A DNA stretch of 64,000 nt from Amphiscolops sp. MND2022 (Eukaryota): contig OZ076412.1 of NCBI GenBank assembly GCA_964187785.1, forward strand, positions 17,732,001 to 17,796,000. Direction: 5' to 3'. Under the pieces are notes generated by a model, which did not search any database, had not been told where the DNA came from, and saw only the letters and a list, made by a program, of their open reading frames with translations. Positions 37,001 to 43,450 of the stretch are shown here, in pieces; the stretch's first letter is position 1, and each line of letters begins with the position of its first letter. A program made the position numbers and the translations under genes.

Positions 37001-40000
37001 CCGACTAAAAACTATGCAAAAATTCTCATTTTTGTCTGAATTTGGTTTTGTCAATATATTCAATAATTTTAAGGAGTCGGAAAAAGTTTTAGACTACTTA
37101 TGCAATCGTGTCGTTTTTTTCTCCCGTCCTTTCAATGGAAATTTCAAATTTCTCAAAAACTGTCCATACGATTTCCATAGAATTTTGCACAGTCATTATG
37201 CACCCAAAGGTGCTCCTGCGTGCGCAATGGCATCAAAATTGTATAACGGATGTGAGAAACAGCCAAAATTTAACCCAAAATTTTTTTTTCGATTTTCTCA
37301 AAAATTATCCATATGATTCGAACAAAATTTTCTACAGTCTTTCTACATCATATAAGAGTTCTGTATGTGCAATGACATCAAAATCGTATCTCTTGGATTT
37401 GAGAAACATGGTCAAAATTAGCACAAAATTGACCAAAAACAGCTAATTTTGGACTGTTTCGATTTTCTTAAATGCTTTTTACTCTTTGAAAGAACTTTTA
37501 TGGACTCTCTCCAACATTATAAGGGCTTAATATGTGCAGTTTCATCAAATTCGTATGACTGGGATTCGAGCAGTCAGAAGGAAAAAGACCTCAATCGAGG
37601 TTCGAAAACACGACCTTTATGAAAACGTCCACGCATTTTTTAAATAACTGCGCCTTCTGAGCCTTAAATATAGCGCCGACTTTAAACGTTCCCGTCTTGT
37701 TGTTGATAGCACTTGCTTAGGCATTTTGCACGTAGGTCTTGTAACTCAACAAAGGTGCATTGAAACCAAATGTTATTGTGAGATTATTATAATGATAGCA
37801 GTGGAACGAGTACGACTCCTTCGCTGGATGAATCGACCTTCTATGCGACTGGAGCTGTGAACGATTCAGCTCTCCTGACCGATGACAACGACAATGCCGT
37901 GACTAGTTCCTCGGGATCCAACAGCAAAGTCAACGGCAAACGACGGGCCAACAAACCCACCAGTTAGAACTGCTTCATTGCTTACAATTCAGCTGTAACC
38001 AGGGCTGTCGGTTATAAAAAGACTGTAACCGGTTAACCGAACGGTCTAGAGCTTTTCAATGAAAACATTTTTTGCAAAAACTTTTAATCTGCAATAAATG
38101 AAAGTGCAATGCAAATGAACAGAATATGAATGAACAGAAAAAAATTAAAACTTTCATAACACAATGAAATACAACAAAATAGACAAGCTAATGACTTATT
38201 TTTTCACTAAGGGTAAATGAGAAAAAATGTGAGTGAGCGGAAACTAACAACAAGCCGGGAACGGCCCAAGTCGGCGCCATATCTAAGGCTCAAAAATAGC
38301 AAAAGGACTTCAAAGTGTCGAGTATTCTCTTCTACAGTACCCGCGTGAGAAAAAAATTGAAAAACTCCGTATTTTTTTCGAGTTTCTTTGGTCTCCGGTA
38401 AGTCGCATAGTGCCGAAAAATAAAAAAGAGTGCCTTTTGGGAGTTTTTGAACATTCATTCTTTTGCAAAATAGAAAAAAATGAAGGGGGACCCTTTGGAG
38501 ACATTAAAAAAGTTTGCGAAAAATAGTCTCACAAAGCCGAAAAAACATGCACAAAAAAATGGTCAAGGGCGCGACTCGAACCCACGTCCTTCTTCTTGGC
38601 AGACCTCAAAAAAGCAGTAACCTATATGCCAAGTGCCAATAGAAGTAGTGTGGCACAGCTTAATGCTAGTGCAAGTCAGCTTATAAAGCTTATAAAATCT
38701 CTCAGTTCGTTTGTCTTAAAAAAGTCACTACTATAGTATGCGTTTTTCTACGAAAAAGCGCCGACCAAAAATGTCTTTGATTTTCACTGCAGTAATATAA
38801 CTCAAGTTTTTTTGGTTAACCGGTTATGGACTTCATAACCGGTTAACCGCCGACAGCCCTGGCTGTAACACTTCAAAAAGGGCAACGTTCACATTGGATT
38901 GCGGTCATTTGAGTTTGTTTGCAAAAGGGTTTTTCGGAAGAAATAATAGATACTAGGTCAAGTTAGAGTGTCACGAATAGTTAAACACATGGATATGTCG
39001 AACAATTCAAACTAAAAAACCTGAGTAAAAAGTCTCCGATGGCGTCTGTTTCTCTCGGTTTTCTGTTTTCATTTGAAAGTTCTGGAAGTTTACTTTGAGA
39101 AACTGAAAATCATTTGAGCGACAGCCAAGAGTCGTGGAGAAGGTTGCATTTGAATTTTTTCTCCAAGTATAAATCTTTCGAGTTTCGACTTGTTACTACT
39201 TTTTGAACTTAATGAACTTTTCCAAACCAACTGTTTGGATTCGCCAAAGCGGGTATCGCCAAACGCGTGTACCATAGTAAAGCTTTTAAATGACTGAACC
39301 AGAGATTTGACTCGCTAATTCGGCAAAGTGTCCCTACCTTGCCCATTTTGCCGATTTTTTTTCGGCAAAGTGGGCATCGGAATTCGGCAAAGTGGGCATC
39401 GGAATTCGGCAAAGTGGCCAAGGCAGTTGTCTACATCTGCAAAAACAGAGACTTTTTGAGAGCGAAAAAATAATGTGGGGCATATCCGATGTATGCACGA
39501 TCGCCCTCACCGTCGCAAAGACCAGCTCCCACTACGATCGCTTCGCGATCTCCGTTCCCGCTAGGTCTTTGCTCCTGTTCGACCTCGCTTAGCAAGATGG
39601 GAACATAAGCGGCCCCAAGGGGCCGCTGGGCACTAGAGGAAATGGGGACATATTCGAGACACGTTTTATACTTTGAATCACTTTATAGCTTTAAAAGTCT
39701 GTTTTTGCAGATGTAGACAACTGCCTTGCCGGGTAGGCGGAAATAGGTCGAAGAACGGGATCGAAAACCAGAGTTAGTCCTCAGGTCGACATACCAAATT
39801 CTTGAATAGAATCGAGACAACTCGGATCGAAATTTTTATAACGTAGTCAGATATGTTCACTTTGCCGAAAGCATGGGACATTGCCGAATTTCGATGCCCA
39901 CTTTGCCGAAAAAAAATTCGGCAAAATGTCCCATGCTTTCGGCAAAGTGGGATTCGGCAAAAAGGGCATATACCTGTATTACGCTAACTAATTTCCGCTA

Positions 40001-40485
40001 ATGTAATCCTTCGCTAACGCTAAAGGGGCGCTATTAGCGATTAGCGTCAAATCTCTGGACTGAACTGTTGTTAATTTTTGGCTAGCACTAATCCTACGGG
40101 TTCAGCCTTTTCAAAGTGGACCCGAGACGACACCTTTAGCTGTCAATTTTATGGGGCCCTGGACTTAGTCACTAAGATTGAATGTTGTGAAAAGACAATT
40201 GAAGTTTTTATTACTTATTTTAGAGGGAAAACAGTTTAAAGTAGAAAAAAACTCGTCCAATGATTTACACTGGAAAATCAGCCATGCTCAGTATTTTTCT
40301 AACTCTCCTGAATTTCAATGGGAAATCGTCTGTTTTCAGAAAGGGCGACTCGGCTGTTCACACCCAGTGTCGAAGATGATTTGGATGTGACTCAGGATGC
40401 GTCCGAAATTAACCACTTGGTGGGCAGTGTCGTCAACACAGACAGTGTCAGTACGAGAACCCGCCGAAGAGTTGCTCGCAAGTGA
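1014..40485 (+). CDS. KIF20: Kinesin-6 family motor (KIF20A/KIF20B-like), 14 coding exons, ~1326 aa
   Basis: Join 1014-1049, 1298-1577, 6668-7100, 7636-7928, 9539-9865, 11443-11747, 13876-14657, 25289-25594, 29089-29287, 32007-32225, 33668-33960, 35320-35517, 37799-37962, 40340-40485. All introns are GT-AG with matching phases; total 3981 nt. Motifs: EPVKVFLKIRP, P-loop GVTNSGKT, ILPRALDVVF followed by a long loop-6 insertion before SIWVSFLEIYNE (kinesin-6 hallmark), switch I NQKSSRSH, switch II DLAGSER, AFRNSKLTHLFQ; long coiled coil; basic C-terminus. An extra upstream coding exon cannot be excluded. Confidence 0.9.
1298..1577 (+). CDS. KIF20: KIF20-like exon 2 (motor N-terminus, P-loop)
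   Basis: Acceptor tttttgcccag; VFLKIRP...FTYGVTNSGKTYTLQG; donor GTTAGT, phase 1. Confidence 0.93.
2300..5900 (-). pseudogene. Decayed Cys-rich coding remnant, antisense in kinesin intron 2 (probable unidentified mobile element)
   Basis: Long near-open minus frames with scattered stops and frameshifts: MVRRSKRKVLKCQHCGRIV...SCHCCKR (~4650-4320), IPTVDLCSAGCS...VLCISKVCPDG...STCD*KCKRK (~3060-2300), QLRYKGSVLETVCHSLAAAEHL (~5390-5190). No family motif recognised. Confidence 0.45.
6668..7100 (+). CDS. KIF20: KIF20-like exon 3 (loop-6 insertion)
   Basis: ctttcag|GILPRALDVVF...SIWVSFLEIYNEKITDLL; donor GTAGGA, phase 2. Confidence 0.93.
7636..7928 (+). CDS. KIF20: KIF20-like exon 4 (switch I and II)
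   Basis: LNQKSSRSHCIFNIKL, FCDLAGSER; donor GTAAGT, phase 1. Confidence 0.93.
8464..9118 (+). mobile_element. Non-autonomous Helentron/DINE-1-like element (HINE family 1)
   Basis: 5' T-run plus AGTCGGCGC with a partial inverted partner; ~120-bp internal tandem units; 3' GGCGCCGACT, stem-loop GCCG-GTCC-CGGC, TTGTTT; no TSD. Confidence 0.75.
9539..9865 (+). CDS. KIF20: KIF20-like exon 5 (motor C-terminus and neck)
   Basis: KETAKINASMLQLGQCL, AFRNSKLTHLFQ, MIVNI, ETFNALKLSAVAQKI; donor GTAAGC, phase 1. Confidence 0.93.
10583..10880. repeat. ~300-bp dispersed repeat, copy 1 (second copy at ~35687-35990)
   Basis: Colinear blocks GAGCGAGTGGTAATTATGCATTCGTACG, GCTTCGCCTGCATTCAAATGCGAATGCGAAACTTCG and TTTTCTTTAGTCCGAGAAGAATTAAAGGCG are shared with the 35.7-kb copy. 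Confidence 0.85.
11443..11747 (+). CDS. KIF20: KIF20-like exon 6 (acidic linker)
   Basis: tgtgtgcag acceptor, phase 1; Glu/Asp/Ser-rich; donor GTTAGT, phase 0. Confidence 0.8.
11768..12878 (+). mobile_element. HINE family 1 copy with a duplicated 5' head and an internal insertion
   Basis: Heads at ~11768 and ~11848; tRNA B-box-like GTGGGTTCGATTC at ~12010; 3' CACCGACTTGGGCTGTTCCCGGCTTGTT at 12851-12878. Confidence 0.7.
13094..13781 (+). mobile_element. HINE family 2 with ~165-bp internal tandem units
   Basis: 5' TTTTTAGGAGTCGG...CGACTACT; units at 13197, 13365, 13534 and 13698; 3' CCGACTCCT, hairpin CCGC-ATAT-GCGG, T-run. Confidence 0.7.
13876..14657 (+). CDS. KIF20: KIF20-like exon 7 (coiled coil)
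   Basis: tttctag|WKQRCRHMGKDLAEKK; heptad-rich 254-aa ORF; donor GTAAGA, phase 2. Confidence 0.88.
14797..15066 (+). mobile_element. Short complete HINE family 1 copy (~270 bp)
   Basis: TTTTTAGTCGGCGC...GCCCGATT head; GCGCCGACT plus perfect hairpin AGACG-TTCC-CGTCT (15048-15061) and TGTTT. Confidence 0.8.
15165..15240 (-). other. Degenerate tRNA-like sequence or tRNA-derived SINE head
   Basis: Minus strand has TGGCACAGTGG (A box) and GGTTCGAATC (B box) with a possible GCA anticodon; stems pair poorly. Confidence 0.45.
15554..15757 (-). repeat. Gypsy LTR (LTR-c, 204 bp)
   Basis: Minus strand TGTGGTAG...CTATAACA, preceded by PPT AGAGAGGGAAG. Confidence 0.85.
15963..18940 (-). pseudogene. Duplicated 3' part of Gypsy pol (RT-RNaseH-integrase), disrupted
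   Basis: ORF-track fragments 18383-18721, 17924-18175, 17630-17893, 17056-17370, 16284-16883. Confidence 0.9.
19149..19352 (-). repeat. Gypsy 3' LTR (LTR-b, 204 bp)
   Basis: Appears identical to LTR-c by eye; preceded on the minus strand by the PPT. Confidence 0.85.
19558..24069 (-). pseudogene. Gypsy gag-pol, multiple stops and frameshifts
   Basis: Starts MALRASEYEASNSPMPGLHYF*QDPEKPPTYEWEQWIQLFE; all domains present in fragments; TAA at 19558-19560. Confidence 0.9.
24055..24068 (-). promoter_or_regulatory. Primer-binding site TGGCGCTGCGAGCA (tRNA-Ser-like primer)
   Basis: Immediately follows the LTR-a end. Complementary to a 3' end ...GCTCGCAGCG-CCA, which resembles eukaryotic tRNA-Ser 3' ends as I recall them. 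Confidence 0.7.
24069..24274 (-). repeat. Gypsy 5'/shared LTR (LTR-a, 206 bp)
   Basis: TG...CA; followed by the PBS and preceded by a PPT (24275-24285) and another pol 3' end (to 24723); about 7 substitutions and one 2-nt indel versus LTR-b by eye. Confidence 0.85.
25289..25594 (+). CDS. KIF20: KIF20-like exon 8 (coiled coil)
   Basis: cctttttgttgcag acceptor, phase 2; LLKRRSEMEEMKKAMEKMDESLE; donor GTTTGA, phase 2. Confidence 0.82.
26489..26672. mobile_element. Mutator-like MITE (184 bp, 9-bp TSD ATTATCGCA)
   Basis: Long TIR (ATTTCGTCCTATGCAATTTCAACC / GGTTGAAATTGCATAGGACGAAAT); G...C ends; TSD at 26480-26488 and 26673-26681. Confidence 0.85.
26898..27294 (+). mobile_element. HINE family 1 copy
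   Basis: TTTTTAGTCGGTGC...GCCCGACT head; GCGTCGACT plus AGACG-TTCT-CGTCT tail. Confidence 0.75.
27489..28900 (+). mobile_element. Cluster of three HINE family 1 copies (27489-27787; outer 27787-28900; inner 27817-28440)
   Basis: Three tails with hairpins (loops CTTT, TTCC, ATCC) and three heads; the inner copy sits in a T-run of the outer copy. Confidence 0.72.
29089..29287 (+). CDS. KIF20: KIF20-like exon 9 (coiled coil)
   Basis: aattgcag acceptor, phase 2; ELSEKTETIKGLLDTIEAMKAEL; donor GTTAGT, phase 0. Confidence 0.82.
30065..30590. mobile_element. piggyBac-like MITE (526 bp, TTAA TSD)
   Basis: TTAA|CCCTAAATGGACCA ... TGGTCCATTTAGGG|TTAA. Confidence 0.85.
31016..31513 (-). mobile_element. 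HINE family 1 copy
   Basis: AAGCCGGGAACGGCCCAAGTCGGCGCC on the left; GTCGGG...CGCCGACTAAAAA on the right. Confidence 0.78.
32007..32225 (+). CDS. KIF20: KIF20-like exon 10 (coiled coil)
   Basis: ttttccttgcacag|NEKIESLEKLNTEL; donor GTATGT, phase 0. Confidence 0.82.
32780..33133 (-). mobile_element. HINE family 1 copy lacking the 3' end
   Basis: Internal units (GTGCCGAAAA, AAAGGGGG) and a GCGCCGACTAAAAAA head; left boundary approximate. Confidence 0.6.
33668..33960 (+). CDS. KIF20: KIF20-like exon 11 (tail)
   Basis: tgtttag|MSSLTAQPSQ, phase 0; Ser/Pro/basic tail; donor GTTAGT, phase 2. Confidence 0.75.
34165..34997 (-). mobile_element. HINE family 1 copy
   Basis: CAAGACGGGAACGTCTAAAGTCAGCGC ... 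AGTCGGGC...GCGCCGACTAAAAA. Confidence 0.78.
35320..35517 (+). CDS. KIF20: KIF20-like exon 12 (tail)
   Basis: gtttttaag acceptor, phase 2; KTVVAKRVTRRRKPP...SYNLRK; donor GTTAGT, phase 2. Confidence 0.72.
35687..35990. repeat. ~300-bp dispersed repeat, copy 2
   Basis: Colinear with 10583-10880. Confidence 0.85.
36404..37702. mobile_element. Nested HINEs: family 1 (+) outer, family 1 (-) 36470-37010, truncated family 2 ~37067-37590
   Basis: Head at 36404 and tail at 37702 enclose a complete minus copy and an AGGAGTCGG-headed copy with the family-2 units. Confidence 0.68.
37799..37962 (+). CDS. KIF20: KIF20-like exon 13 (tail)
   Basis: TAGCAG (NAGNAG) acceptor, phase 2; SGTSTTPSLDESTFYAT...KRRANKPT; donor GTTAGA, phase 1. 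If unspliced, an in-frame TAG lies at 37965-37967. Confidence 0.72.
38000..38861. mobile_element. hAT-like MITE (8-bp TSD GCTGTAAC) in kinesin intron 13
   Basis: TIR CAGGGCTGTCGG / CCGACAGCCCTG; TSD at 37992-37999 and 38862-38869; subterminal TAACCGGTTAACC motifs. Confidence 0.9.
38249..38770 (-). mobile_element. HINE family 1 copy nested in the hAT MITE
   Basis: Both termini present; carries an A-box/B-box segment at ~38565-38640. Confidence 0.78.
39310..39975. repeat. Element with multiple TTCGGCAAAGTGG / CACTTTGCCGAA subterminal repeats
   Basis: Motif in tandem at 39320-39417 and in both orientations at 39860-39965; ends not resolved. Confidence 0.55.
39419..39728. mobile_element. 310-bp MITE with 31-bp perfect TIR (CAAGGCAGTTGTCTACATCTGCAAAAACAGA)
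   Basis: Perfect inverted termini; superfamily and TSD unresolved (possibly GCC). Confidence 0.8.
40340..40485 (+). CDS. KIF20: KIF20-like terminal exon 14 (KRATRLFTPSVEDDLD...STRTRRRVARK*)
   Basis: tgttttcag acceptor, phase 1, matches the exon-13 donor. Open frame to TGA 40483-40485. The RxLFT...DxxD...RRxxRK pattern resembles my recollection of the KIF20B C-terminus. Too short for the supplied ORF track. Confidence 0.72.
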
Positions 40486-40870
40486 AATGAGAAGTTGAAT
40501 TGAACTTAAAGTTGATTGTGTTATTGCATTCTAATGAGTTAAAAGCTGCAGACTCCTGCCGCAATTCGACTTGCCCACCCATTTTAAGGCGAATATTTTT
40601 ATTTTTTTGTGTGTGTGATTTGAATAATGAGCTGGGGTGTGATTTGAATTCTGAATTAGTTATGTTTTTGTCATTTGTGATAATTATTTGAAATAATTTT
40701 GTTTTGCTCCGAAATGGATGCTGTCTTTTGAGCGCTGAAAAAGCTAGTGTTGTTGAATTCAAAATTTTTAGTTGCGAATGTTTTCGGCATTTCTTATATC
40801 CATATATTGAAAAGTCATGATATAATGAAAATGACTTCTCGGTTGTCATGATCAGGTTTTTCAGTTTGTA

Positions 40871-42373
40871 ATGGGTGCCTCATCTAGAAATGCTAAAGTT
40901 GAATCATTTCTACTGCGCAGATTTTCGGCTGACGAGTTCGATAAAATCAGATGCTGCGAGAGTGCAATTATTGACGCAAACGGGACCTTGCGGTTTGTGG
41001 TTTTGACTGATCGTGCGCTTTACCTCGTGGAGTCTCCTCCTAAATCTATCAAACTGGTTCTCAAATACCAGAATGTTGTGTCCATTACTTTTGAGCACAA
41101 TTATGCGCCTTTTCTTAACGGAGAGGACAGAGAAAACTGTCAGCATATCAAAGTTGGCTTTCTCCGAGAAGGCTTTGAGGATTCGATTGGCGTTGGAGCG
41201 TCAGAAAATGACAAGGATTCTGTGGATATTCAAAACGACGACAGTTTGGCTATTGACCGTTTCTTAGAAGCGAGAAAGGCAAATGTGAAGGAGTTGCATC
41301 TGTACATAAGATCCAAGCATTCTACATTTTGTTCCAACTTCAGGAACGCGGTGACTGGGTTTGTAGTCCGACAAACGGTTTCTCTATCGCTCTCCAAGGG
41401 ACAGCAATCTCCGGGCCCCATTGACAAGAAACCAAATGAAATTGCTTATCTTTTCAACCAACTCATGCAAGATATCATGCAATCTGAAGATATGATGGAT
41501 TCTTTCATTTACTACAGAGAGTTACACATCGCCGCCACTCGAAGCTTCACTGTGAAAAAATTGTTCTGGAAAAATTGGGAGTTCGTCGAATTCTTGATCG
41601 ATCAACTCAAACAACTTAGTATGAATTCGTCTGTAAACGTGAATCACCCACAAGCGATTCCTTCTAGATGCGATGAGATCCAAGTCAGTTGCCTCATAAC
41701 CGAAATCTTCGCTGAAATGCTCCGAGAAACTGAACTTGTGAGCGAGCGAACGAATTTTTTGCAAGCTAACGAGTTCAGCTTGTCACGAAAGGTGATTAAA
41801 CTGTGTATAAGCAGTCCTCTTCTGCCTGAAAGTTTTCAAAGACCTGCCAAAACCCGTGGAGTTGCAAACTTGTATGACAAATCCATAAATGATGCAAAAA
41901 ATTCTAGTTTCTCCACAGACGAGGAACTGTTGCTCCATTACTGCAATTATTTCTTGTGTAGCCAATCTTTGATATTTGAGTTCCTAATGACGGCCATTCA
42001 AATCAAGTGGATAGACCCTTCTTGTAAGTTTGACATTCGATGGTTGCTGAATGAGTTGGAAAAGAATGCAGATTTCAAGACCTTTCTCCAGACCATACTT
42101 TGGTTGGCCATGATTATGTTGGACACGACGCTGAAGTCCAAACTGACAGCTCAACAATCTTTGTGGGTGTACCAGATATTTGGTTTGGTGCAGAATGTTC
42201 TGGAATACAGCAAAAACTTGGCCACTTATTTCCGTTCTGAATTCAGAGAAGAGTTCAAATATTTCTTCGTGCCGAATGTTGTGAAGAAGCGCCTAGATGT
42301 CGCTATTCCTATCTCAGCAAACATTTTGAGCAAAGTCAGTTTCTTGCAGGAATTAGTTATAAAACATTCGTAG
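40871..42373 (+). CDS. C12orf56: C12orf56/DUF4551 family protein, 500 aa, intronless
   Basis: N-terminus RNAKVESFLLRR..E.FDKIR..E..I, RFVVLTDRALYLVESPPKSI, YAPFLNGEDRENCQHIKV and internal SFTVKKLFWKN match the C12orf56 family pattern as I recall it (not database-checked). Confidence 0.8.
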   Translation: MGASSRNAKVESFLLRRFSADEFDKIRCCESAIIDANGTLRFVVLTDRALYLVESPPKSIKLVLKYQNVVSITFEHNYAPFLNGEDRENCQHIKVGFLREGFEDSIGVGASENDKDSVDIQNDDSLAIDRFLEARKANVKELHLYIRSKHSTFCSNFRNAVTGFVVRQTVSLSLSKGQQSPGPIDKKPNEIAYLFNQLMQDIMQSEDMMDSFIYYRELHIAATRSFTVKKLFWKNWEFVEFLIDQLKQLSMNSSVNVNHPQAIPSRCDEIQVSCLITEIFAEMLRETELVSERTNFLQANEFSLSRKVIKLCISSPLLPESFQRPAKTRGVANLYDKSINDAKNSSFSTDEELLLHYCNYFLCSQSLIFEFLMTAIQIKWIDPSCKFDIRWLLNELEKNADFKTFLQTILWLAMIMLDTTLKSKLTAQQSLWVYQIFGLVQNVLEYSKNLATYFRSEFREEFKYFFVPNVVKKRLDVAIPISANILSKVSFLQELVIKHS

Positions 42374-42899
42374 TACAAACAAAGAGGCTGCTGTTTTGAA
42401 TCACTCCGTGCGGGCTAGATCATTAGTTTATCCTTGAGGTGTCAAATTTGTCTGCCAATTGCAATTTTTGGGTCCTCTATTCTTAGACATTTTGGCTCTA
42501 AATCATCGATAGCATTGATATAATAGTAGTAATTTTTTTATAAATAAATGTAAAATACAAATGAATGTAACACTTTTTGCGGAGTTTTATTTTTCATATG
42601 CTAGTTGCTAGATTTTCCTTACTCAACCCCATTGTAAAAAATAATCACTGTAATGTTTGTAATTATGTATAAATATAAGGTACCTTTCCAACCATGTTTC
42701 AATTGTAACTTCTATTTGTCTGTCTTGGAATCAACTGATGATATTTCAATTCCTGGTTTCTGATTTCTAAAATTGAGTATTACTCTGTTTGATATGTCCT
42801 TAGAAAAGTACTAGGAAAGAAATTTTTGTATTCCGAGAAGCTTGTTTCAAAGGGGGTTCATTCTACAAGACTTTTTCACTTCTAGTTTAGTAGTTTCTG

Positions 42900-43000
42900 T
42901 AAAAAAGTGGACCTTCCAGTGTGGGGTCTGTGTTCTGGCGAAAAAAGTGTCACTGTAAGAGTCGGGCATTTTTTGCTTCACAAAAAGCGTCGACTAAAAA
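42900..43000 (-). mobile_element. HINE family 1 isolated 5' head
   Basis: CACTGTAAGAGTCGGGC...AAAGCGTCGACTAAAAA. Confidence 0.6.
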
Positions 43001-43450
43001 CACGGTTTAAGCTTTCCTTCATTTTTTCAAAGGTAAAAACAGGAGCGTTTTGGTGATGCACAAACATTTGGTTTGCCTTCCGTAATTGTTTTATTGTGAG
43101 GTTCACTATTTTCTATATGTATTTAGAAACTATCTTGTTATCTCGTGTCCTCTAGCCCCGACATGCGTGCTACCTCTAGAAACGTTTGCAATCTATTCAA
43201 GGTTTTTTGCATTCACCACCTTTCAGTCTCCGTTAACTTCACATGTTTTGAAAACAATATTTCACTAGCCGAAAATATATATTTGTTCTCGGCGCCGTTT
43301 CACACATTTCTGAGATCTCGTTTGAGTTGAGTTAGTTGGATTGAAAAGACGTCGAATACTTCATAGTTGAATCATTGGTTTGAAATCTATTCATGTTTTT
43401 AGAGAGTTTTGCAGAGTACCATTGTAGTAGTTTCTCCAGTGGTAAGGACA

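Noticed and set aside
37965-37967. TAG as the main kinesin stop
   Set aside because: It overlaps a GTTAG donor whose phase matches a coding-like exon at 40340; kept only as a possible alternative isoform.
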